Positions 47,874 through 56,513 of a stretch of DNA of 64,000 bases are shown here, in pieces. The notes below the pieces were generated by a model. The model saw nothing but the letters and a program-made list of their open reading frames with translations, was not told the origin of the DNA and ran no database searches. This stretch comes from Candidatus Saccharimonadales bacterium. Lineage in GTDB: Bacteria; Patescibacteriota; Saccharimonadia; Saccharimonadales; JACDFO01. The stretch covers positions 54,274 to 118,273 of the forward strand of contig JBBSLJ010000001.1 of assembly GCA_038255465.1 (NCBI GenBank). Reading direction: 5' to 3'. The position numbers and the translations under genes were made by a program. Each line of letters opens with the position of its first letter. Within the stretch, counting starts at the first letter, position 1.

Positions 47874-48617
47874 ATGGGAACTAGTCAAACCGAGCTGTTC
47901 AAACAGGATGCGCTACAGTGCATGCGCGGTTCATTAGCGCAACAAAACTACCCCGGCTATCCCAACCAATCAGAAAGACTACATGGTGATGTCACAAATC
48001 TTGATATTCCAGATCAGTGGCCATTGCACCCATGGATTACTGATATGCTCGATGACCCTGAGATCGGTGCTGTAACTGGCCGGCGATTTTATAGGAATTT
48101 CGGAGCAAATTATACTGCCGATCCAATTATAGTCCGCCGTGATATGAGCAAACCGCATGTGCTGCTTATTGAGCGCGGTGACACAGGTTGTCTGGCACTG
48201 CCGGGTGGGTTTATCGAGCCGGATGAAGATCCCGCCACGGCCGCCAGACGTGAAGCCAAAGAAGAGACTGGTATTGATTTGCTACGGCTCATACATACGA
48301 TCAAGCCCGTATATAGCGGTCCAGTTGCTGATATTAGACTAACAGCCAACGCCTGGCCCGAAACATTTGCGTTCTGCTTTGAACTACAACTTGACACAAA
48401 TGAAGAGCAAAAAACACTAACAGAAATGATGTCGCGAAACCGTTTTGACAAAGTCATCAGGTCAGCGGGCCGTGCTGCCTCTATTAATTATTTGCAGAAC
48501 AGAGGATGGCAAGGCACTGACGACGCCAAAACGGCTGGATGGTTTCCAGCCGATAAAGTTAACAATAGGCTGTTCGGTTCCCATAAAGCCCTGGTTGAAC
48601 TGGCTATGAAAGGCTAG
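47874..48617 (+). CDS. NUDIX hydrolase (probable ADP-ribose/NAD-related pyrophosphatase) with an N-terminal extra domain
   Basis: 247 aa. Complete Nudix box LPGGFIEPDEDPATAARREAKEETGI. Confidence 0.8.
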   Translation: MGTSQTELFKQDALQCMRGSLAQQNYPGYPNQSERLHGDVTNLDIPDQWPLHPWITDMLDDPEIGAVTGRRFYRNFGANYTADPIIVRRDMSKPHVLLIERGDTGCLALPGGFIEPDEDPATAARREAKEETGIDLLRLIHTIKPVYSGPVADIRLTANAWPETFAFCFELQLDTNEEQKTLTEMMSRNRFDKVIRSAGRAASINYLQNRGWQGTDDAKTAGWFPADKVNNRLFGSHKALVELAMKG

Positions 48618-48622
48618 CCGGA

Positions 48623-50077
48623 TTACTTCTCTGTAGTTGGAGTGGTTTCCCTGCGTGGGAATAATGTGCCTTCAATCGGGCGCACAATTCCCTCGTCAAA
48701 TACCTTTCGAATTTTTTCAGATGTATCCGGGATAAACGGCTTCAGCAGCTCAGCAATTTCTAGCAATGAACTTACCTGATTAGCCAGGACTTCGCGCAGA
48801 TGCTCTGTATCGTCCTTCTTTTTGAGTTCCCATGGTTTCTCAACCTCTATGTACTGGTTAAGCCCGCGAACTTGCTCCCAAACTTCTTCAAGGGCACGAT
48901 CGAACCGGCACGCTTCAAGCGCCGCAACGTACTGGCCAGTATCGTGGCTAGACGGAGGGATAATGCCAATCAAGCCGTTTTGATATTGCGAAATCATAGC
49001 GGCTGTACGCTGTACGGCGTTGCCAAGTTCATTGGCCAGTTCACTGTTATATACTGCCTGCAATCGTTCCCAGCTAAACTCACCATCTTCATAAGACGGA
49101 ACATGACGCAGCAGGTAATATCGGAACACGTCTGTTCCGTATTCTTTAATGATTTCTTGCGGGTCAATAACGTTTCCGAGAGACTTGCTCATTTTGGTGC
49201 CGCCTTCGGCGTTAATAAAGCCGTGTACATACAGGGTTTTAGGCAACGGCAGGCCAAGACCAAGTAAAATACCCGGCCAGATTGCGGCGTGAAACCGCAA
49301 AATATCTTTGCCAACGACCTGCACATTGGCCGGCCAGAACTTCTTAAAATCATCGTGTTCCGGATAGCCCAGCACCGTAATATAGTTCATCAGCGCCTCA
49401 AACCAAACGTACATTACTTGAGTTTTATCACCAGGCACTGGGACGCCCCACGATATTTTGTCTATCGGCCTTGAGATGCTGATGTCCTCCAGGCCTTCCT
49501 TAATCACGTGCATGATCTCATGCTTTCTGGTAGCCGGGATAATCGTAAAACTACCGTCTGTGATGGCCTTCTCAATAACGGATGCATACTTTGAAAGTTT
49601 GAAAAAGTAGTTTTCTTCTTCGATTTTTTCATACGTTTTATTATGATGCGGGCAAATGTTGTTATTTGCTTTAGCGGCCGCCTCTGTTACGTATTCTTCG
49701 CAACCCGTGCAGTACAAACCGGTATATTTTGACTTATAAATATCCTTTTCAAGCGCCTTCCAAATCAATTGCGCTCGCTGCTCGTGACCGGCATCGGTTG
49801 TGCGGATAAAGCGGTCATTGCTGATATCAAGGTCTTTTAGAAGCTTACGGAAATTATCGCTCATTTTATCAACAAGCACTTTTGGGGTAACGTTTAGTTC
49901 GGCTGCTTTTTCGGCAATCTTGCCTCCGTGTTCATCGGTGCCTGTACAAAAAATAACTGGTTTGCCTTGCTGGCGAGCGTAGCGCGCAATGACATCTGCC
50001 AGCACAAATTCAAAGGCATGGCCAATATGCGGCTCGCCGTTTACGTACGGAATAGAAGTTGTAATAAAGTAATTCAC
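48623..50077 (-). CDS. metG: Methionine--tRNA ligase, short form
   Basis: 484 aa. HIGH motif (PHIGHAFE) and KMSKS (GTKMSKSLGN). No C-terminal tRNA-binding appendix. Confidence 0.9.
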   Translation of the reverse strand: MNYFITTSIPYVNGEPHIGHAFEFVLADVIARYARQQGKPVIFCTGTDEHGGKIAEKAAELNVTPKVLVDKMSDNFRKLLKDLDISNDRFIRTTDAGHEQRAQLIWKALEKDIYKSKYTGLYCTGCEEYVTEAAAKANNNICPHHNKTYEKIEEENYFFKLSKYASVIEKAITDGSFTIIPATRKHEIMHVIKEGLEDISISRPIDKISWGVPVPGDKTQVMYVWFEALMNYITVLGYPEHDDFKKFWPANVQVVGKDILRFHAAIWPGILLGLGLPLPKTLYVHGFINAEGGTKMSKSLGNVIDPQEIIKEYGTDVFRYYLLRHVPSYEDGEFSWERLQAVYNSELANELGNAVQRTAAMISQYQNGLIGIIPPSSHDTGQYVAALEACRFDRALEEVWEQVRGLNQYIEVEKPWELKKKDDTEHLREVLANQVSSLLEIAELLKPFIPDTSEKIRKVFDEGIVRPIEGTLFPRRETTPTTEK

Positions 50078-50201
50078 TGTTTTAGTCTACCTTGTTTAAG
50101 ATTATATGAAAGAAATTTGAAGAGTAAGAAAAGCAAGCCCTAGCGGGGCATCGTGTTGGTTGCGTAATTGCTTTTCTGGAACATAAACATATATTAACAG
50201 A

Positions 50202-50549
50202 TTAAGACCATTCACGCGACTGGTTTTTCTTTTCTTTCATTTCAAAAGCTTTTGCGAGGTCAATATTTAGGTGATTACACAGGTCGAGCAAGTACCAAAA
50301 CACGTCCGCTGCCTCTTCTTCTAAATCATGCACACGTGAGTTTTTATCCGTTTTTATGCCGCTCGCTTTTCTGGTGGCCTTCGCAAACTCACCGACTTCT
50401 TCTAGAAACAACATAAAAATTTCAGACACGGATTCGTCAGCAAAACCCCGCTCTGTCACCATTTTTTCCACGTATTTCTGATATTCGGATACTGTCATAG
50501 TTCTATTGTAACAACTTAAGATGCTTAAGGTTTCATTCCCTAAGTTCAT
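50202..50549 (-). CDS. MazG-like nucleotide pyrophosphohydrolase domain protein
   Basis: Contains EEVGEFAKA ... EEAADVFWYLLDLCNHLNIDL, the all-alpha NTP-PPase EExxE/EExxD signature. The true start is probably an internal Met (MTVSEYQ). Confidence 0.6.
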   Translation of the reverse strand: MNLGNETLSILSCYNRTMTVSEYQKYVEKMVTERGFADESVSEIFMLFLEEVGEFAKATRKASGIKTDKNSRVHDLEEEAADVFWYLLDLCNHLNIDLAKAFEMKEKKNQSREWS

Positions 50550-50624
50550 AGCCTACAATTTCAGTTGGACCAGAGAGTTCAAGCTGCACCTTTACAACCA
50601 TCGACCACATGAGGAGCGAGTAGC

Positions 50625-51365
50625 ATGCAACTGACGGAAGAAGCAGTAGCCAACGCCATTATCTGGAGCGCCGACGTCGATACCACCGAAACCTTGCTGG
50701 CTCAGGTAGAGAAGATGCCTAGGCTTTCGATCGTCAAAATCGACCGCCTGTTCGTGGCAAAGAACGGCTACGACATCTTCGACGCCCTTCGTGAGCGAGA
50801 CAAGCACGTCTTCTACGACGCCAAGATCGTCGAAATCCCAAGCAAAAGCGAGGCGCTGGCCATAGCCGAGTGCCGGCATCAGCCCTGGATGCTCAACTGC
50901 ATGGCCGGAATTGTGTCTGGTGGTGATTTTAGCCACGACGACCCCGATAAAATCGAAGCGCTGATGCGTTTTGCTGATGCCTGCCTCAGCGCAGACGTCC
51001 GTCCCTGTGCCGTGACGGTACTCACAAGCAAAAAGCCAGAGCTGGTCACCGAGGAATTCGGCCGCAGTGCCATCGATCAGGTGCTGTACTACGTCGAGCT
51101 CCTGGTGACTGCCGGTTTCACAGATGTCGTCTGCTCGCCAGCAGAGATCGAAGCCATCCGCTCGCGGTTCGAAGTCGACCTCGACATCAACACGCCCGGC
51201 TTGCGCCGCAATTCATCTGACACCGGCGACCAAGCCCGCGTCGCTACGCTTGGCTCGGCTCTTCGTTCTGGTGCCACTCGTGGCGTCATTGGTCGTGACC
51301 TGACCAAAGGCAACCCCGCTCAGAACTTTGACGACATCGTCGCCGAAGCCGTCGCCGAAGTCTGA
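50625..51365 (+). CDS. pyrF: Orotidine 5-prime-phosphate decarboxylase
   Basis: 246 aa. VKIDRLFVAKNG, VFYDAKIVEIPSK (matching the DxKxxDIP motif) and the C-terminal GRDLTKGNP. Confidence 0.7.
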   Translation: MQLTEEAVANAIIWSADVDTTETLLAQVEKMPRLSIVKIDRLFVAKNGYDIFDALRERDKHVFYDAKIVEIPSKSEALAIAECRHQPWMLNCMAGIVSGGDFSHDDPDKIEALMRFADACLSADVRPCAVTVLTSKKPELVTEEFGRSAIDQVLYYVELLVTAGFTDVVCSPAEIEAIRSRFEVDLDINTPGLRRNSSDTGDQARVATLGSALRSGATRGVIGRDLTKGNPAQNFDDIVAEAVAEV

Positions 51366-51394
51366 TCCCCAGACCGACAATCCGAAAGGACGTT

Positions 51395-52063
51395 ATGACA
51401 ACGCTCGAAGGAAAGAAGGAGTTGGTTGCCGATTTGCTTTATGCGCTCGGCGCCATCCAGATCGACACTGAAGTCGGATTCCGGCTCAAGTTGCACGAAA
51501 GGCTGCCCAGCGCACCGCTTTCGCCGATCTATCTGAACCTGAGGACACCGGATCATTCTAAGAACCCGGGACCTCTGACGCCAGAGATCATGCAACTCAT
51601 CGCAGAGTTGATGGATGAGATGTCGCTCGGTCTGGGCAAAGAGTGCTTTACCGGCATCCCGGAAGCTGGCGAGCCTTTTGCGGACTATTTCGAGAAGATC
51701 GTCGGCGCAAGCCGCCTCCGCCTGCAGAAGGTAGAAAAAAACGGCAAGCGCTGGATCGACGATCATTTCACAGGCGATTTCGAGCCGGGCGACCGCTGCA
51801 TCATCATCGACGACCTCATCACGCAGGCCGATAGCAAGCTGGAGGCCATCCGTGCTTTGACACACTCGACGCTCCAAATATCCGGAGTGCTAGTCGTTGT
51901 CGACCGTATGCAGGGAGGTCGTCAGCAGCTTATGGCAGCGGGTCACCGGCTATTCGCCATTTTCACGCTGCACGAACTGCTCAGCCATTACGCCCGGAAG
52001 GGCTACATCGATCAGTCGCAGGCCGAGACAGTGCTGAAGTACATCGCGGTCAACCAGGCCTGA
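51395..52063 (+). CDS. Orotate phosphoribosyltransferase-like protein with a non-canonical PRPP loop
   Basis: 222 aa. The OPRT-like N-terminus (LGAIQID...GFRLKLH...SPIYLNLR) is present. The PRPP motif reads CIIIDDLITQADS where VEDVITTGGS is expected. The C-terminal VVVDRMQGG is present. Confidence 0.6.
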   Translation: MTTLEGKKELVADLLYALGAIQIDTEVGFRLKLHERLPSAPLSPIYLNLRTPDHSKNPGPLTPEIMQLIAELMDEMSLGLGKECFTGIPEAGEPFADYFEKIVGASRLRLQKVEKNGKRWIDDHFTGDFEPGDRCIIIDDLITQADSKLEAIRALTHSTLQISGVLVVVDRMQGGRQQLMAAGHRLFAIFTLHELLSHYARKGYIDQSQAETVLKYIAVNQA

Positions 52064-52135
52064 ACTCTCACCCCAGGGCCGCCGGTCCCTAGCGTCACGC
52101 ATCCAGCGTGAATCTAAAACCGGCACCTACCAAGT

Positions 52136-52264
52136 TTATTCATTATGTTTAGTGGCTAAATGCCACAACTGGCAGTGCCGACACTTATAAGCTCTTAATT
52201 TGGCACCATGCTGCCAGTCAGCAACCACGCCAGCAGCTGTCGCTTGGGTCTTTGTATCGAAAAC
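52136..52264 (-). CDS. Possible very small Cys/His-containing protein (hypothetical)
   Basis: Only the C-terminal part of ORF 52136..52387 is plausible (MVFDTKTQ...YKCRHCQLWHLATKHNE). The ORF-track 5-prime extension runs through a terminator hairpin and a 34-bp palindrome. Confidence 0.2.
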   Translation of the reverse strand, partial: VFDTKTQATAAGVVADWQHGAKLRAYKCRHCQLWHLATKHNE

Positions 52265-52350
52265 CATTTTCTCTGAACACGGTAAGGCAGGCTCTTCATC
52301 CTCTTTAAACATTCCATAAATTATACACGCCCAAAACCCAATGATACGTG

Positions 52351-52384
52351 TTATATATTTCACGCTATAGCGTGAAATATATAA
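52351..52384. repeat. Perfect 34-bp palindrome TTATATATTTCACGCTATAGCGTGAAATATATAA
   Basis: The reverse complement is identical to the sequence. It is immediately distal to the trehalase terminator hairpin and could be a second hairpin or a dimeric regulator site. Confidence 0.6.
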
Positions 52385-52387
52385 CAA

Positions 52388-52412
52388 CCGACTTGGGTGG
52401 TCTGCAAGTCGG
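52388..52412 (-). terminator. Rho-independent terminator-like hairpin CCGACTTG-(9 nt)-CAAGTCGG followed by a T/A-rich run on the minus strand
   Basis: It is 17 bp downstream of the trehalase stop (52429), and the minus strand continues GGTTGTTATATATTT. Confidence 0.55.
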
Positions 52413-52428
52413 GGTTTAACAGATAAGC

Positions 52429-53691
52429 TTAATCAACAAATTCTTTGCAGAGGTATTCAAATACTGCGTTAGTCCAGCCAAAGCCGGTTTGAGATGGGTA
52501 GACTCCCTTGGCGGGCGGCTTACCCGGACTAACGACATTATATTTTTCAAGGAATAGACCGTGTTCGCTGAACCAGTTCAGGTTATTGCGTAGCCACTTC
52601 ATAGCAATACGCTTTGCATCTTCATGGTAGCCGTATTTTAGAAGACCTTTAATGATCAAGAAGTGCAGCGGCGCCCAGCCATTTGGATACGCCCACTGAG
52701 CTGGCATTGTTCCTGGCACAACCGAGCCAGGAATGACCTGTTGCACCATTTGGCCGTCAGTAGTTGCAAGTCCGCCTCGTTGCTCAAAACGCCTAATTGA
52801 CTTGACCATTTGAGCAGCCTGCTTTTGATCGACCATGCCTGCCCACAGTGGATAGTAACCAGCAAGCGAGCTAACTGTTCCACGCCGCTCTTTGGCAAAG
52901 TTATAATCAAAATAATAACCGCGCAAATTGCTCCACATAAGATTGCGCATGGTCTCTGCACGATGACGAGCAGCCGTCTCCCATTCGCCCGCTTTTCGGA
53001 TATCTTGTATATGACGGTAGTACCGCGCAAAGTCCATTTCGTATTTATACAAAAGGGCGTTTAAATCTGCCGGCAAAAAATTAAGCGCCTTACGGCCAAA
53101 GCGGGTTGTCATGTCCCAGCCGCTTTCGGCTTCAGCAAGGTCGTGCAGATAGTTTGTATCGTAATACCGGCTCAGCCCCTGATAAACTAGGCGGGCATTC
53201 GGCTTGCTTTCACCCATCCATACCGTTTTATATTCTTGCTCTGCGGTTGCAATTGCTTGTTTAAGCCATTTTTCCGGCATATGGTAGGTATCAAAAATGT
53301 CCCAAATAAAACTAGTTAGAAATGGCGGCTGACTGCGGCCCATAAGATACATGCGCGAGGCGTTCGGAATGACCTTGTAGCGCCTAAACATATGCATAAG
53401 GTTTTCGACCATGCCGACCACCAAATCTTTATGCTCCTCATCAAGCATGCCTTGGATCATGAAATAACTGTCCCAGTAATACATTTCGTTAAAATCAAAT
53501 TCATGGCCTTTTTCATAGGCCGGGACCAGGTATTTATTTGGCAGTCCGAGCAAGCTTTCATCGTCTTTGGGGTGGTAGCGCTCAAGATTATGCCAGTATG
53601 CCTCGATATAGGCTCTAGCGGCAGCTACATCCTCGGGCTTTAAGTCACTCCCTTTTTTAAAAGGGTTCAGGTTTTTGGCTTTACTAAGCAT
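52429..53691 (-). CDS. Alpha,alpha-trehalase (GH37)
   Basis: 420 aa with both GH37 signatures: EMYYWDSYFMIQGM and QWAYPNGWAP. Confidence 0.8.
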   Translation of the reverse strand: MLSKAKNLNPFKKGSDLKPEDVAAARAYIEAYWHNLERYHPKDDESLLGLPNKYLVPAYEKGHEFDFNEMYYWDSYFMIQGMLDEEHKDLVVGMVENLMHMFRRYKVIPNASRMYLMGRSQPPFLTSFIWDIFDTYHMPEKWLKQAIATAEQEYKTVWMGESKPNARLVYQGLSRYYDTNYLHDLAEAESGWDMTTRFGRKALNFLPADLNALLYKYEMDFARYYRHIQDIRKAGEWETAARHRAETMRNLMWSNLRGYYFDYNFAKERRGTVSSLAGYYPLWAGMVDQKQAAQMVKSIRRFEQRGGLATTDGQMVQQVIPGSVVPGTMPAQWAYPNGWAPLHFLIIKGLLKYGYHEDAKRIAMKWLRNNLNWFSEHGLFLEKYNVVSPGKPPAKGVYPSQTGFGWTNAVFEYLCKEFVD

Positions 53692-53808
53692 GCTCCTAGA
53701 CTAGGGGATTAAGCGGTTTCCCGTCAATGACTTAATGGCTAGTTATGGCAATCCGGCCAACTTTGGCACGTAAAACGTTTATTTTTCATAGTGTAGAATA
53801 AAGGCAAT

Positions 53809-54543
53809 ATGATTTGTACGGCTGATGACGTGAATAAGCTAGGTACTATTCTTGGAGTCTGGGCACATCCAGACGACGAAAGCTGGTGCATGGGCGGTCT
53901 TATGGCTAGCGCCGCATCCTCCGGCCAACGAGTTGTCTGCGTAACCGCAACTTGCGGAGACGCTGGCAGAACCGCCGACGAAAAAAAATGGCCGCAAAAT
54001 TGTTTGGGTGAAATACGTAGGGCTGAGCTTGAGAAATCCATGAAGATACTTGGCGTTACAGAACATATATGGCTGGATTATCAAGACGGCGAGCTCTCAA
54101 GTGTTGAAGATAAAGAGGCGGCCAATGAAATCGCAGCGATTATAAAGCGGATACACCCCGATACGATCATAAGCTTTGGGCCGGATGGCATAACCGGTCA
54201 TGACGATCATCGAACTGTGTATGCCTGGACACTGGCTGCTATTAAACAGGCAAACTCAAGTGCTGTCTTTTACCGGGCGGTTGAATCGACAGAAAAATAC
54301 GAAACAGTTGGCAGAAAGTGTGATGAGCGTTTTAATATTTACTTTAATATTGACGAGCCAGAGACAGTTCCGAAAGCAGAGATGGATTTATTATTTGAAT
54401 TACCCGACCAGGTATTGCAACAAAAGGTCGAGTCACTGCGGGTTCAAGAGTGCCAAACCGCTGGCATGTTTGCTGATCCAATAGGCTATCAATATATTTT
54501 AAAGTGCATTGAGCACGAGGGTTTTATGAAAGTAGTAGCATGA
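53809..54543 (+). CDS. PIG-L/LmbE-family N-acetylglucosaminyl deacetylase
   Basis: 244 aa. AHPDDESWCMGG is the zinc-binding HPDDE motif. Confidence 0.8.
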   Translation: MICTADDVNKLGTILGVWAHPDDESWCMGGLMASAASSGQRVVCVTATCGDAGRTADEKKWPQNCLGEIRRAELEKSMKILGVTEHIWLDYQDGELSSVEDKEAANEIAAIIKRIHPDTIISFGPDGITGHDDHRTVYAWTLAAIKQANSSAVFYRAVESTEKYETVGRKCDERFNIYFNIDEPETVPKAEMDLLFELPDQVLQQKVESLRVQECQTAGMFADPIGYQYILKCIEHEGFMKVVA

Positions 54544-55523
54544 AAAAATTATTTACACTGGTTTTCTTATTAGCGGTACTGTTTCCATACGCATCGGCAG
54601 GCGCAGACACCAGTCTTCAGATATCGCCGGCAAAAAACAGCTTTACCGCCCAGCCAGGCTCAACAGTTAGAGCAACTATCTCACTTAAGAACCCGACTAA
54701 CACGCTGACGACTGTTACTGTCGTGCCGCGTGATTTTGATGCCAGTCCTAACCTTGACGGTCAACCGAAAGTTATCGAAAATGGCAGCTCGCCCTACGGC
54801 ATTTCAAATTGGCTGACTGACGCTAATCTCGATAAAAAACTAACTGTGCCCGCCAATCAGGTAATCGAATATGAAGCTGTGTTCAGAGTGCCGAACACTG
54901 CCAGCGAAAAGACCTATTTTGGTTTAGTGACATTCGAGGTTGAAGACCATGAAGATGCCGCAGAAGCGCTTGGTAGCATTGTTTTTATTACGGTAGGCAA
55001 CCCGAAGACCAGCCTGGGCATTAATAAGCTTGAATTTGGAGAATCAGACGACGCAAGCAAACGCCACGGTGTATTTACTGCCTTTGTTGATAATACGTCT
55101 GATGCGCTGTCGACTCCCAGGCTAAAACTTAAGATAAGTGACAATGAAGGCAATATCGTCGTTGAACTGGATCAGGATAGTGAAGGATCGGTGCTACCTA
55201 AATCGACTCGTAAATTTACGTTTACTCCCTCTTCGGAGTTGCCAAACAAACAGCTCACAGCCACGCTGACAGCTGTTGACCAGAACGGCACGACAGCAGA
55301 CAAAAGCATACAGCTGGACCGCGAACCCGATAGCGCCGTTACTTCTGGTGACGGTACTGCAAAAGCGGACACAAATCTGCTCGTTCCAATATTGTTAGCC
55401 CTTGCGGTCATAGCGGCCGCAATAACCGCCGGAGCAATCAAACTATACAAACAAAGAAAACTAAAATCACCCATGACGCCTAGCGCACAAGAAGACATCG
55501 ACCCGCAGAACGACAAAAAATAA
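54540..55523 (+). CDS. Cell-surface protein, DUF916/DUF3324-like; paralog of 14526..15509
   Basis: 327 aa, the same length as the 14526..15509 product. Signal peptide, the shared ISPAKNSFT...NPTNT...DFDASPN pattern, and a C-terminal TM plus basic/acidic tail. Confidence 0.5.
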   Translation: MKKLFTLVFLLAVLFPYASAGADTSLQISPAKNSFTAQPGSTVRATISLKNPTNTLTTVTVVPRDFDASPNLDGQPKVIENGSSPYGISNWLTDANLDKKLTVPANQVIEYEAVFRVPNTASEKTYFGLVTFEVEDHEDAAEALGSIVFITVGNPKTSLGINKLEFGESDDASKRHGVFTAFVDNTSDALSTPRLKLKISDNEGNIVVELDQDSEGSVLPKSTRKFTFTPSSELPNKQLTATLTAVDQNGTTADKSIQLDREPDSAVTSGDGTAKADTNLLVPILLALAVIAAAITAGAIKLYKQRKLKSPMTPSAQEDIDPQNDKK

Positions 55524-55546
55524 ACAAGTAGCTTACGTTAGTGATA

Positions 55547-56299
55547 CTAACTATTGGTTTGAAGGGCAAAAATTATACTGTCCGGATTTACTTCAACGTA
55601 CTTATCCGTATCAAGCGAATATTGCAACGCAGTTATCTGGTCTTTTACTTCAAATACTCGCGGCCAACCAAACTCCTTACCGTAATTTGTTAGTGTAGCA
55701 GTAGGATTGAACATTATCGGCAGTGTTGCGTACTCAAGCATGGGGATGTCACTTACCGTGTCGCCCATGGCCACGCTACCCGGAAGGATTACAGTGCCCG
55801 CGTTTACAAGCCGCTTCAGAATGACAGCTTTATCACCCACCGAAGAAGCAACGCCAGTAAATCGTCCATCTTCATGTTCAAAAATACTGCCATACGCCTT
55901 GTCGGTGTTAAGGTCTGCAAGAAAAGGTTCTACCAAAATATCAGGTGAACCGGAAATTGCGATAATGTGATGGCTTGTCCTCAGGCTCTGTATCAATCTA
56001 CGCGGAAATGCAAATTTTCGAACTTGATGCTCTGCAATCATATCGTCTGTAACTTTCTTAAACCGCTCTACTTCTACGCCGGCAATCTGCCCCACAAAAG
56101 TTCCCACTAAACGATGCAAGAACGCTTGATAAACACCTTCATTATTATTAACTTGCCAGCGCCGCCTGTTTGCATATACCTCATTAAAGGGCTCAGCCGG
56201 AAATAGACCATCACTAATACACCTATCTACAACCTTTTCTGCCAGGCTTGATTTAAAGATAGTCCCGTCAACATCAAATGCAGCAAATGGTCGTGCCAT
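55547..56299 (-). CDS. HAD-superfamily hydrolase, subfamily IB (phosphoserine-phosphatase-like)
   Basis: 250 aa. Motif I FDVDGTI and motif IV GDTVSD. Confidence 0.7.
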   Translation of the reverse strand: MARPFAAFDVDGTIFKSSLAEKVVDRCISDGLFPAEPFNEVYANRRRWQVNNNEGVYQAFLHRLVGTFVGQIAGVEVERFKKVTDDMIAEHQVRKFAFPRRLIQSLRTSHHIIAISGSPDILVEPFLADLNTDKAYGSIFEHEDGRFTGVASSVGDKAVILKRLVNAGTVILPGSVAMGDTVSDIPMLEYATLPIMFNPTATLTNYGKEFGWPRVFEVKDQITALQYSLDTDKYVEVNPDSIIFALQTNS

Positions 56300-56318
56300 G
56301 CCATATAGTTTGCATTAG

Positions 56319-56513
56319 CCGCCAAGCCCATGCAAGCATAAGCAAAACAAAAAAGCACTATCGAAAGTCGATAATGCCCATTTGGTGGAGCACCTTGAAA
56401 AAAGTTCACCCCTCATTGTCGAGGAAGTGCATCGCTGGCGCGATTTACTCTGGGACGACTATTTAGATTATCAGCACCACAAGAAATACTCATTAGAGAT
56501 ACATAACCCCTGA
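56319..56513 (+). pseudogene. Start-less 64-codon remnant homologous to the 3-prime end of the serine recombinase gene
   Basis: An in-frame stop lies immediately upstream and there is no Met. It encodes ...NKKALSKVDNAHLVE..., against NKKALSGMDNAHLVE at the recombinase C-terminus. The underlying DNA is about 50 nt of near-identity. Confidence 0.5.
56343..56393 (+). repeat. Left copy of the imperfect direct repeat
   Basis: Matches 61743..61793 at 16+8+13 identical positions, with a 7-nt divergent block and one transition. Confidence 0.7.

Larger units (their letters stand above)
50592..52080. other. Second GC-rich islet (pyrF plus pyrE-like)
   Basis: The third codon position is visibly GC-enriched relative to the flanking metG and trehalase genes. 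Long antisense shadow ORFs occur only here. Confidence 0.55.

Noticed and set aside
51320-51877. Antisense ORFs over pyrF/pyrE-like (51320..51877, 50592..50936, 51089..51313, 51643..51834)
   Set aside because: These are shadow ORFs of the GC-rich plus-strand genes. They have no motifs, and they overlap clear OMPDC and PRTase frames.
52265-52387. 5-prime extension of ORF 52136..52387
   Set aside because: It runs through a terminator hairpin and a perfect 34-bp palindrome. Only the distal part could be a real tiny gene.
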